Source: a virus
Strand: one strand, 5' to 3'
DNA: 64,000 bases
IMG/VR virus record: IMGVR_UViG_3300043395_002359
Location: 29,041-93,040 of that record
Part shown: positions 49,032 through 56,781 of the stretch, one piece after another
Layout of the letters: the number at the start of each line of letters is the position of its first letter
How positions within the stretch are numbered: position 1 is the first letter of the stretch
The notes under the pieces: model-generated
The model's input: the letters and a program-made list of their open reading frames with translations, nothing else
Told to the model about the DNA's origin: nothing
The model's database searches: none
Made by a program: the position numbers and the translations under genes

Positions 49032-49547
49032 ATGGTTGAGTTCATCTTCACCCAAGAGCAGCGCTTGCTGGCGCAGGCAGAGGGGTTTAGGAGGCAGGCC
49101 GCCAACGTGGCGAGGGACCTACGAGGTCGGAACAATGCTCCCGTGAGCGGCCTGGAGGCGGAAACGATGCATCTCATTGGTGCAGCCGGCGAGATGGCAG
49201 TGGGATGCTATCTTGATCTAAAGGAATATTTGTATCAAGACATTCGTCCAGTGCGTGGATCTTGTGACCTTCCTGGAATCGATGTTAAGACAAGAACCAA
49301 GCATTGGCATGACTTGCTAGTCCAGTTGGACGATGATCCAAGTAAAAAATTTGTATTGGTTACTATTCAGGACAGGAGAACATTCATCCATGGCTGGATA
49401 CATGGAGTTGACTGTATGAAGGAATCCTTTATCAGGACCTTCAAGATCGGCAGAACTTGTTATGCTGTACCCAAGGAGCAACTTCGCCCCATAGAGGAAC
49501 TGAAATGTCTAATGGAAGCTGTGTCTCGCGAGAGGATTGCTGGCTAA
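49032..49547 (+). CDS. Hypothetical protein, possible PD-(D/E)XK fold
   Basis: GAAGEMAV...DLPGIDVKTR. Confidence 0.65.
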   Translation: MVEFIFTQEQRLLAQAEGFRRQAANVARDLRGRNNAPVSGLEAETMHLIGAAGEMAVGCYLDLKEYLYQDIRPVRGSCDLPGIDVKTRTKHWHDLLVQLDDDPSKKFVLVTIQDRRTFIHGWIHGVDCMKESFIRTFKIGRTCYAVPKEQLRPIEELKCLMEAVSRERIAG

Positions 49548-49690
49548 CCTGGGACGGTGAGGATGCCATCCTTAATTTCTCAAGCGATTTTTTAGATAAA
49601 GCCGGATGGCAAGAAGGAGATGAACTCGAGTTCGAAGAGCTATCAGGCGGCGCGATCTCTATAAGAAAAGTAGAGCCCCAAGATGATTGA
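49505..49690 (+). CDS. AbrB/MazE-like DNA-binding protein
   Basis: ILNFSSDFLDKAGWQEGDELEFE....ISIRKV. Confidence 0.65.
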   Translation: MSNGSCVSREDCWLTWDGEDAILNFSSDFLDKAGWQEGDELEFEELSGGAISIRKVEPQDD

Positions 49691-49895
49691 TAAACCTCTT
49701 GATATTCCGGATTTAAGAAGAGCCGTCGCCAGAAAAGCCTGGGATGTCTACAGAGGGCCAAGCGATCCAGTAGATATACCGCCTTCTTTCTATTATGCAA
49801 TAGACATAGTCATAAAGGAATCATATAATAACGTCGACAAAATGATAGCCGACAACATACGGAGGAGGCTTGACGGCCTATTTAATTCTACATGA
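49683..49895 (+). CDS. Hypothetical protein
   Basis: Overlap-coupled ORF. Confidence 0.55.
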   Translation: MIDKPLDIPDLRRAVARKAWDVYRGPSDPVDIPPSFYYAIDIVIKESYNNVDKMIADNIRRRLDGLFNST

Positions 49896-50216
49896 AAGAA
49901 GAAGAAATTCTAAAGTTAATCAACGCAAAGATTCGCGACCACGAACTCCGGGTTGCGGTTATATCAGGTATCCTTGGGCTGTCCGTCACAGCGGGGATTG
50001 TCCATGCTATTCATCTCAACCACATCTTGCTGCTCTCTTGATTCCAAGCCAAGACTGACGCAAGACGAGTGGGATGAGCTATTTGCGCTAAAAGAAGCGA
50101 TCAGCTACCAACCAAGCTCCGTCCATCCTGCTAAGATGGAAAGATTTAGCGAATTATTCAAGAGGACCCTTCCATCGAGCTAATAGGTATAAATGCTCAA
50201 CGGAACACAATCCCTC

Positions 50217-50240
50217 AGCCCCAGCCGGGGCTTTTATTTT
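50217..50240 (+). terminator. Intrinsic terminator
   Basis: AGCCCC-AGCC-GGGGCT followed by TTTATTTT. Confidence 0.65.
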
Positions 50241-50360
50241 GTCTATAGTGTTTCCAATTCTTAAGAAATCCCAATTGTCCCGGCCCTCTGACAGATGGCC
50301 CATCTAGGGTTGAGACACAGAGAGAAATCTCCTGTACCCACCCAAAGGCAGTCAAATCAA

Positions 50361-50747
50361 ATGGAACGGACCCTCGACTTCTCAGATGTAATCAGCTACG
50401 ACTTCAGCCTGGCCGGTCCCAACATGGTTCTCGAGCTATCTCAGCCAGATGTCACGACAACGATCAAGATCGCGGTTGGCTCGATTGGCCGCCTAGCGGT
50501 CGAGGCCGTATCCAGTCAACCACCCACCGAAGACCAGCGACCGGCGATTGTCGGCGGCAGAGTCAAAAGAGCAAAATCGACAAAGATGACTGCAGACAGC
50601 GTAAGGGAGATCAGGGCCAACTGGGACCAAACAGTGAAAGCTTGTGGAACCAAAAATGCTGCGGCTGAGCGCTTGGCTAAGATATACGGCTGTAGCGCTA
50701 AAAACATCTATGCAATTATTTACAAATATTCATGGGCCCACGTTTGA
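50361..50747 (+). CDS. Protein with C-terminal HTH
   Basis: KMTADSVREIR...LAKIYGCSAKNIYAII...SWAHV. Confidence 0.7.
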   Translation: MERTLDFSDVISYDFSLAGPNMVLELSQPDVTTTIKIAVGSIGRLAVEAVSSQPPTEDQRPAIVGGRVKRAKSTKMTADSVREIRANWDQTVKACGTKNAAAERLAKIYGCSAKNIYAIIYKYSWAHV

Positions 50748-50807
50748 GGTAAACCACTTATAATGGCATCGAAGGCGGTGACGCGTCTTTGGGTGTGAGT
50801 TAGACTG

Positions 50808-50837
50808 GCACCAGCCCTGCAAGGTTGGTGCTTTTTT
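50808..50837 (+). terminator. Intrinsic terminator
   Basis: GCACCAGCC-CTGCAA-GGTTGGTGC followed by a T run. Confidence 0.75.
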
Positions 50838-51200
50838 ATGGACAAACATCCCTGGCTTCATCTAAGCGTCGAGTTTGACCATCTTTTGGGCGAAGACACT
50901 CTTATTACACAAAAGACAGAGGTTGAATACGATGGATATTCTTTCGACTTAAAATTTCTAGTCGCCGAGCAGAACGATAGTCAATCCGACCAGCTATATG
51001 AGGAATTCCGTATACTTGGGCCGAAACACGCGAACCTAATAATATGCTCTCTTTTGGCATTACTAGAAGCGTACGGTCAGCCAAGTCTTTTAAATGACGC
51101 GGACATACAGGAAGATCTCGCGAAAATGGTTCAGAAGACCAAGGACGCTTATGCTGAAAAAGCATTTGAACAAATACGTGACGGCCTCAAAAGTAAATGA
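50838..51200 (+). CDS. Hypothetical protein
   Basis: 120 aa ORF. Confidence 0.55.
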   Translation: MDKHPWLHLSVEFDHLLGEDTLITQKTEVEYDGYSFDLKFLVAEQNDSQSDQLYEEFRILGPKHANLIICSLLALLEAYGQPSLLNDADIQEDLAKMVQKTKDAYAEKAFEQIRDGLKSK

Positions 51201-51327
51201 CTACCCATTCTCTGGCCTGAACAGAGCTAAATCACTAAATCCACCAAGCAGTTACGACGATATGCCTGTATCAGGCAGAAAAGAGATGAGCTATCGCCTC
51301 AATAGCTAGAGATAGGAAAACTTAGGC

Positions 51328-51537
51328 ATGAACATTGATCATGCCAAAAGAACGTGGAACACCTCCGTGCGGGCCCCTTGGAACGTACGGATTTTTCATA
51401 TCATTAAAGCAATAGATGCTCATAACGATCTATATTTCAAAACACTAGACAGATGGCACCTTGATCAAGCCCAATATTTAAGGAGTTATTTGCAACAGCT
51501 AAAAGACTGGATCATAGAGGAAGAGGAAACCCGCTAG
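51328..51537 (+). CDS. Hypothetical protein
   Basis: 69 aa protein-like ORF. Confidence 0.65.
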   Translation: MNIDHAKRTWNTSVRAPWNVRIFHIIKAIDAHNDLYFKTLDRWHLDQAQYLRSYLQQLKDWIIEEEETR

Positions 51538-51798
51538 CTAGGGGTCTATACCAGTAATCTTCCTCATATAGCGTAAGCCAGAATTCAGCGAGTAGCTTTC
51601 CTCCTTGTGGGAGGAGCCATCATTCCATCTGATGAGAAGATCATGTCTGAGCGGACCTCTTTCGAAATTGATCTTGAAGTTACCTTGCTTGGCAATATCT
51701 ACTAATTCACTTACGCTGCCAAGATGCTTGAGTCTGTCATGAATCACCAGCTCTGGCCGTTGGTCGTACAGCTCACCATATGCGTTGTAGTCGGTCAT
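51538..51798 (-). CDS. Hypothetical protein
   Basis: ATG 51798 after AGGAG. Confidence 0.6.
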   Translation of the reverse strand: MTDYNAYGELYDQRPELVIHDRLKHLGSVSELVDIAKQGNFKINFERGPLRHDLLIRWNDGSSHKEESYSLNSGLRYMRKITGIDP

Positions 51799-51884
51799 TT
51801 TACTCCTTTTCCTGATAAACAACGGTTATTGAGAATCCAACTATTTTACCAAATGGTAGTCTAGTTGGTGATCGACGCAGGACC

Positions 51885-52091
51885 ATGCCAAATCTAAAAC
51901 GCTGGGAGAGGCCGTCAGAAGGCCCTAGAAGAAACGACAAGAGCCGACAGGCATCAGCACGCCTAAGGCAAATAAAAAAGCGTACAAAGGCTCAAATGAG
52001 GCGGCTCCGTGAAAAGGGCCGCCTTTTTGTTGAAGTGATCTGTTTTATCTTTGTACTACTTCTTCTTCTTGCTTCTTCTGGCATTGTTTAA
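51885..52091 (+). CDS. Small basic (Arg-rich) protein
   Basis: Motif GGTAGTCTAG begins 30 nt upstream (51855); terminator-like hairpin at ~52000-52028 lies inside the 3' end. Confidence 0.55.
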   Translation: MPNLKRWERPSEGPRRNDKSRQASARLRQIKKRTKAQMRRLREKGRLFVEVICFIFVLLLLLASSGIV

Positions 52092-52190
52092 GGCAATCGC
52101 TTGCGCCTGCTTGGGCGAGTAGCCTTCTTTAATCATCTTTGAAATGTTGCTGCCAACGGTCTTCTGGCTGAATCCTTTCTTCAGTGGCAT
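52056..52190 (-). CDS. Small basic protein (44 aa, not in ORF track)
   Basis: [44 protein letters not shown]; GGAG SD. Confidence 0.75.
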   Translation of the reverse strand: MPLKKGFSQKTVGSNISKMIKEGYSPKQAQAIALNNARRSKKKK

Positions 52191-52292
52191 GATGCGTCTC
52201 CAGGTTGTCTAGCATAAGGATCCAGGCGATGACCGCGAGTGTCCCTAACAATACGATTCCTAAGCCAATCGATATGTCCCAAGGAAAGTCAG

Positions 52293-52532
52293 TCACTTGC
52301 CTTTACTTAATTCCTGAATCAAGTATTCCCTAAGTGCCATGTCGGAAGGCGTTTTGCTTTGCTTTAAGTCAATCTCAAGTATCCTGAGCTTCAGTTGTCT
52401 GGCATAGTATTCGTCAAGTTGTTGCTTTACCTCTTGCGACTTGGCGTATCTGGAATCAATCGTAACTGTTGTCCCGACAACACCAACCACAAATGCTAAG
52501 ACGGCACCAGCTATTTGGATATTCTTTTCCAT
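52293..52532 (-). CDS. Small membrane-anchored protein
   Basis: N-terminal TM; TAATG overlap with the upstream gene. Confidence 0.6.
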   Translation of the reverse strand: MEKNIQIAGAVLAFVVGVVGTTVTIDSRYAKSQEVKQQLDEYYARQLKLRILEIDLKQSKTPSDMALREYLIQELSKGK

Positions 52533-52819
52533 TACCAGAGTTCCTTGTTGGCCCAATATGCGCCAGACATTTTGCCCCGTGCAATATTCTGCGCGTGCCG
52601 TGCTTTAAACGAGGCTCTGCGTGCCTTGTCGTTGGCGGATTCGCCCTTGGCTGGCTTACCGGCAGTGGTCATCTTCTGATCGCCGAATCTGATTAACTTG
52701 ATCTGATCACCTTCTTTAGCGAGAACGACACCTTTCTTTGTCGGGTGATTTGGTGTGCGCTTGGGTTTATTGTACCCCTCTAGACCATAACGTTCCAGCC
52801 GTGGATCTTTTTTGGCCAT
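52532..52819 (-). CDS. Small basic protein
   Basis: NKPKRTPNHPTK...RRASFKARH...SGAYWANKELW; minus-strand GGCAGCCTAG at 52848-52839. Confidence 0.8.
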   Translation of the reverse strand: MAKKDPRLERYGLEGYNKPKRTPNHPTKKGVVLAKEGDQIKLIRFGDQKMTTAGKPAKGESANDKARRASFKARHAQNIARGKMSGAYWANKELW

Positions 52820-52888
52820 CTTGGGCGAGTGATATTTTCTAGGCTGCCTATCTAATGCTCGTTATAATATACTAAATATGATATATAC

Positions 52889-53221
52889 ATGCCATATAAA
52901 GACCCCGACAAGCAGCGGAACTACCGCAGGGAATGGGCAAGGAAAAATCACAGGATCAAGAGTTCGCTACCATATCACAAAACAAAGAAAAAAATGATAT
53001 TTGAAGCAAAGGATAAGCCATGTGCAGTCTGCAAGCAAACCTTTCCGGTTGCTGCTATGGATCTGCACCATACTGATCCAACCACAAAGGAATTCACAAT
53101 TGCAACTGCCTTGAGAAAGGTTGGATATGAACGATTACAGAAAGAAATAGAAAAATGTATTCCACTGTGTGCCGTTTGTCACAGGCTGCTACATGCGGGC
53201 CTAGTTGAACTGGAAAGCTAA
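52889..53221 (+). CDS. HNH endonuclease-like protein
   Basis: CAVC...DLHH...EIEKCIPLCAVCHRLLH. Confidence 0.85.
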   Translation: MPYKDPDKQRNYRREWARKNHRIKSSLPYHKTKKKMIFEAKDKPCAVCKQTFPVAAMDLHHTDPTTKEFTIATALRKVGYERLQKEIEKCIPLCAVCHRLLHAGLVELES

Positions 53222-53239
53222 TTGATCAGCTAGTTTGAA

Positions 53240-53395
53240 ATGGCAAAACAGGGTTTGTATGCCAACATCGCGGCAAAGCGCAAAAGAATTGCAGCAGGCA
53301 GCGATGAAAGAATGAGAAAGCCTGGAACCAAGGGTGCTCCTAGCGCTCAGGACTTCAAGGATGCAGCTAAAACTGCAAAGAAAAAGAAAAAATAG
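53240..53395 (+). CDS. Small basic protein (51 aa, not in ORF track)
   Basis: MAKQGLYANIAAKRKRIAAGSDERMRKPGTKGAPSAQDFKDAAKTAKKKKK; GGAAAGCTAA at 53212. Confidence 0.75.
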   Translation: MAKQGLYANIAAKRKRIAAGSDERMRKPGTKGAPSAQDFKDAAKTAKKKKK

Positions 53396-53473
53396 CCTCA
53401 GCGAGAATCGAACTCGCACACCTTGCGGCGACGCATTTTAAGTGCGTTGTGTCTACCGTTCCACCATGAGGCC
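53393..53473 (-). tRNA. tRNA-Leu(UAA)
   Basis: Acceptor GGCCTCA/TGAGGCT, loop CT-TAA-AA, long variable arm, GTTCGATT T-loop. Confidence 0.92.
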
Positions 53474-53549
53474 TGGTGCTCCCTGAGAGGATCGAACTCT
53501 CCTGAGACCGATTATGAGTCGGTTGCTTTCACCAGATAGCTAAGGGAGC
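53474..53549 (-). tRNA. tRNA with CAU anticodon (Ile2 favoured; elongator Met possible), CCA encoded
   Basis: GCTCCCT/AGGGAGC-A-CCA; ACCGA-CTCATAA-TCGGT; GAGAG-TTCGATC-CTCTC. Confidence 0.9.
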
Positions 53550-53557
53550 ATGGCCAC

Positions 53558-53585
53558 AGTCTAGCGGCGTGCAGCCTGGTGTCAA
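53558..53585 (-). promoter_or_regulatory. Sigma70-type promoter for the tRNA pair
   Basis: TTGACA-16 nt-TAGACT just upstream of the CAU tRNA. Confidence 0.65.
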
Positions 53586-53669
53586 CTGTCCGTTCTCCTT
53601 GACATGGGGTTGCCTTTCTAAAGGGGCTGCCTAATCTGAGGACATGGCACCCGCTCCCCATTCTAGGAC

Positions 53670-54044
53670 ATGCCCCGTCACATCAAGCCACGCATCAGTC
53701 GCCGCCGCCTGCAAGGGCAGCGCATCCTTGATTTTGTTTCATGCCATCAGATAAACGGCAATGGCATCCAGTCTGTAACTGCTGCAAGAAAATTTGTGGC
53801 AGGTAATAGCATTGCCTATCCAGCAGTCATAAAGGTAAAGAGAAATGATTACACAGTTGACAGCTTTTTCTATGCCGAAAAAGGAATGTTCGGCTTGACA
53901 TACGCTGAGTTCAACTGGATGATATTTCCGTGTTTGAAAAAGCTTTTTGACTCTATGAATCAAAGAGAAATGTTTGTCGACCTAGAAGGCGTCGATTGGG
54001 CTTCGGAAGAGGAAAGCTATCGCCCTGAATATTCCTTTATCTGA
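53670..54044 (+). CDS. Hypothetical protein
   Basis: 124 aa ORF. Confidence 0.65.
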   Translation: MPRHIKPRISRRRLQGQRILDFVSCHQINGNGIQSVTAARKFVAGNSIAYPAVIKVKRNDYTVDSFFYAEKGMFGLTYAEFNWMIFPCLKKLFDSMNQREMFVDLEGVDWASEEESYRPEYSFI

Positions 54045-54330
54045 CGTACAGCGAATCGTCATCATCATCTTCAAAGGAGGAGGGTTCATGGAACAACTCC
54101 TCCATTTTTTTGCGCAGTGCTTTTTCTGCCAATTGGTCAAACTTGTAGTCATCAAATTTTGCCACAAGCAGTTTTTCGCCTGGCCTGTAACCATTCATTT
54201 CTGGATGATTATTGCTGGGAGGTAATTCTGAGTTCTTGTAGTAACCGTAGCGCTCACTCATTACCATCCAGCCCTGAATAGCTAATGATAGTATTATAAC
54301 AATGACTACCGACACCAAAAGCCAAACCAT
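54037..54330 (-). CDS. Membrane-anchored protein (DUF2973-like)
   Basis: TM then HPEM...LLVAKF; GGTAAACTAA at 54363-54354. Confidence 0.6.
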   Translation of the reverse strand: MVWLLVSVVIVIILSLAIQGWMVMSERYGYYKNSELPPSNNHPEMNGYRPGEKLLVAKFDDYKFDQLAEKALRKKMEELFHEPSSFEDDDDDSLYVR

Positions 54331-54369
54331 GATGACTTTAAGCGCCGGTAGTCTTAGTTTACCTTGAAA

Positions 54370-54762
54370 CTATTTAGTTAGTCTGTTGTTAAAGTTAAAC
54401 TGATAGCCGGATAATGTATCATCATTGCAAAACGATGAATAGGTTCTATGGCAACAGATTTTATTTATAGCAGTTTCATGTACGCCAAATTCTTTAGCAA
54501 TACTGGCTTGCGTTTCGCCTAGTTTGTTTCTGAGTCTGATGTCATGAATCTGTAGATCGCTAAGGAATCCCATCTTGCGTCCACGCTTGATCGGATCTTT
54601 GCTAATAGGAGGACGCCTCCTTACTCTTTGTATAACTTTGCTTGGAGTTGATGCTGATACATTTGTGATTCTTGCAATGCTATCGAAATCGTAGCCTTGG
54701 CACCTTAGGTCCCAAATGCGGTCTTCCTTGGGAATGGAGATTCGTCCTCTTGTTCTGGTCAT
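54370..54762 (-). CDS. Double-HTH DNA-binding protein
   Basis: SIARITNVSAST and ASIAKEFGVHETAINKI. Confidence 0.7.
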   Translation of the reverse strand: MTRTRGRISIPKEDRIWDLRCQGYDFDSIARITNVSASTPSKVIQRVRRRPPISKDPIKRGRKMGFLSDLQIHDIRLRNKLGETQASIAKEFGVHETAINKICCHRTYSSFCNDDTLSGYQFNFNNRLTK

Positions 54763-54822
54763 GACACGGAAGGGGCTTGACGGGTGTGGTCCCGCACGGC
54801 TATTCTAAGCTGGTACCAACCA

Positions 54823-54984
54823 ATGTCAACCTTGAAGCTCGAGAAGACCACCATCCTGGCAATCTGCCTGGCGACCGCCGGATTGTTTACTTATTCAGAA
54901 GTTGCCAAAAAAGAACACGAAATTCACATGAAGCAATCAAAATACGAAAACATGGTAAAAGATATCAAAATTAACAATCGATAG
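54823..54984 (+). CDS. Small membrane-anchored protein
   Basis: TTGACG-18-TATTCT upstream; N-terminal hydrophobic helix. Confidence 0.5.
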   Translation: MSTLKLEKTTILAICLATAGLFTYSEVAKKEHEIHMKQSKYENMVKDIKINNR

Positions 54985-55046
54985 GCGCTTTCCCGAATCG
55001 AACGGGTTCTCTAGGCTATCTGCCTAACGTGTCCAACACCAAGCGC
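54984..55046 (-). ncRNA. Miniature tRNA-like element
   Basis: GCGCTT/AAGCGC acceptor, GTGT-TGG-ACAC, TAGGC-AGATA-GCCTA, CCCG-TTCGATT-CGGG. Confidence 0.65.
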
Positions 55047-55503
55047 AGTGACCCTCCTGTTTGTGCGTCATCCAGCGTCCTGGAGCTAAGCATGGAGGGT
55101 GTTGGTCGAGGAGGAGGTAGATGCGCCTTTAAGCCTGATTTGAAATCAAGCGGCTTCATGCCTCCTCCCCATTTCCGGTTATTACTGAGACATCACCTGC
55201 ACACCGGCAAACTCTGGTGATGAATGATCCGATGCGCTTGCCAAATGGGTCCCCGGCGCAACCGTGGATCAGACGGGTGGAAGGTGATCAGCCCCCCAGC
55301 CTGGAATCCCAGGACTTAGGCCCGATGCGGCGACCGGAGATTTCCAGTCCATGCAGAGCGGGAACGCAAACCAGGAAAGGTAACCCACACCAACGGTGGA
55401 CCTCAGAACTGGCTGCACCTTGCCGACAGAGCAGCAAGGGTGGCTGGCAGAAGGACCGGGCATGACGGATGTAAAGACAGCCAACAGAGGCCCGGCCTCT
55501 GTC
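55047..55503 (-). ncRNA. Long multi-hairpin structured RNA of unknown family
   Basis: Dense stems, mostly G-U compatible on the minus strand; TATACT at 55515-55510; no credible ORF. Confidence 0.55.
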
Positions 55504-55574
55504 CTAACCAGTATACCAAGCCATGACAGGTATTTTCACAAAAATACATATTTGTCAGAAAATGAAAAAGACAC

Positions 55575-55735
55575 AAAAATAGACCAGACGATGTGGTTGA
55601 GCCCTTGTGAACGCCCCCAACTGGCTTGATAGTTGGGATAGTAAGAGCCACATCATCTGATCTATGGTTCTTAGATGGCGAGAATATGTGTCGCCGCCTA
55701 AGGGATGTGTCTAAACCATGCAGGGCGTCTAACTG
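55575..55735 (-). ncRNA. Putative ~160-nt small RNA
   Basis: TATACT at 55746-55741; two long stems; U-rich tail. Confidence 0.5.
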
Positions 55736-55753
55736 ATGCCAGTATAACGGAAA

Positions 55754-55827
55754 CACCCCAGACAGGATTTGAACCTGTGGCCGACCGCTTAGAAGGCGGT
55801 TGCTCTAGTCCACTGAGCTACTGAGGC
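55754..55827 (-). tRNA. tRNA-Arg(UCU)
   Basis: GCCTCAG/CTGGGGT; ACCGC-CTTCTAA-GCGGT; ACAGG-TTCAAAT-CCTGT. Confidence 0.95.
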
Positions 55828-55828
55828 A

Positions 55829-55935
55829 AGGCGTCGCCAATAGCCACTCTTACCTCCCCGTCGGAAGGTGCAGGCATCGAACCTGCAGAGGCCAGTCCCC
55901 GTGGAACTGCCGGGAATTCCACCCGGAACGCACCC
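55829..55935 (-). ncRNA. Tandem circularly permuted tRNA-like RNA
   Basis: Two units of 5-bp stem/7-nt loop plus 7-bp hairpin; TATACT at 55943-55938. Confidence 0.65.
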
Positions 55936-55943
55936 ACAGTATA

Positions 55944-56468
55944 TCAGGCTCTGGCAATCATCTCGGCCCTGATCTGCTCAAAGTCAACAGGTTTATAGTT
56001 CGTATGTTCTACGCATACGCAGCTATATCTGGGGTCAAGATCACCTGTATCATTTAAGACTTGCCGATAATGTAAATGTCCGTGGATATTGCCTTTGTAT
56101 CTAACGACTCCACAGACATGAACAGGAATATGTGTCAGGATATAGCGATCTAAATAATGGCATCCCCTGATATCATCGAAATATTTCGTATAGTCCTGAA
56201 GCTTGAAAATATCATGATTTCCCCTAATAAGAATCTTTCTGCCATTCAATTTTTCTAGACATTTCAGTCCGCGCCTAGGTATTGCAACGTCTCCGAGGTG
56301 GTAGACCTTATCATTCGGGCCGACTGTCGAGTTCCAGTTTTCTATTAAAGCTAAATCCATCTCGTCTACGTCAAACCACGGCCTCAGCTTCGTGCCATCG
56401 TCGCGTGTGAATTTGCACACATTTGCGTGTCCAAAATGAGTGTCAGAAGTTAAGAATGTCTTAACCAT
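55944..56468 (-). CDS. Calcineurin-like metallophosphoesterase
   Basis: SDTHFGH, HLGD, GNHD, THIP, HGHLH. Confidence 0.92.
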   Translation of the reverse strand: MVKTFLTSDTHFGHANVCKFTRDDGTKLRPWFDVDEMDLALIENWNSTVGPNDKVYHLGDVAIPRRGLKCLEKLNGRKILIRGNHDIFKLQDYTKYFDDIRGCHYLDRYILTHIPVHVCGVVRYKGNIHGHLHYRQVLNDTGDLDPRYSCVCVEHTNYKPVDFEQIRAEMIARA

Positions 56469-56569
56469 TGTGAGATTGGTCGTCACCACAATATACCTTA
56501 CAGAATGCGAAGGCCGCATGACGCCCCAGATATTGCGTCTAATCTGACGCCGACCACACCCCCGCAGTT

Positions 56570-56755
56570 ATGATTACGACCATTCCACGCGAGCGAGCCC
56601 TTGTCCAGCAGCACTTATTCGAGGCTCGCTACCGGCTTCATGGTCAATCCATGCTTACCCGCGTCAAGGCCGGCAGCACCTATGAAGTATGGCTAATTGT
56701 TAAGAGCCTGTACCCAATGGCTTGCATAACCAGCATCCTGGCCTCGACCATCTAA
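56570..56755 (+). CDS. Hypothetical protein
   Basis: 61 aa, starts the rightward cluster. Confidence 0.45.
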   Translation: MITTIPRERALVQQHLFEARYRLHGQSMLTRVKAGSTYEVWLIVKSLYPMACITSILASTI

Positions 56756-56781
56756 CCGGCATCTAATGAAATCTAAAGAAA

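Noticed and set aside
55029-55756. Short ORFs called in the ncRNA island
   Set aside because: Mutually overlapping, atypical composition, and they coincide with strong stems
55047-55935. HDV-like (theta), hammerhead or twister ribozymes; glutamine riboswitch; bona fide tmRNA
   Set aside because: Isolated words (TCCACG, CTGGATGA, CGTTCA) occur, but I could not assemble the required cores, and there is no tag reading frame
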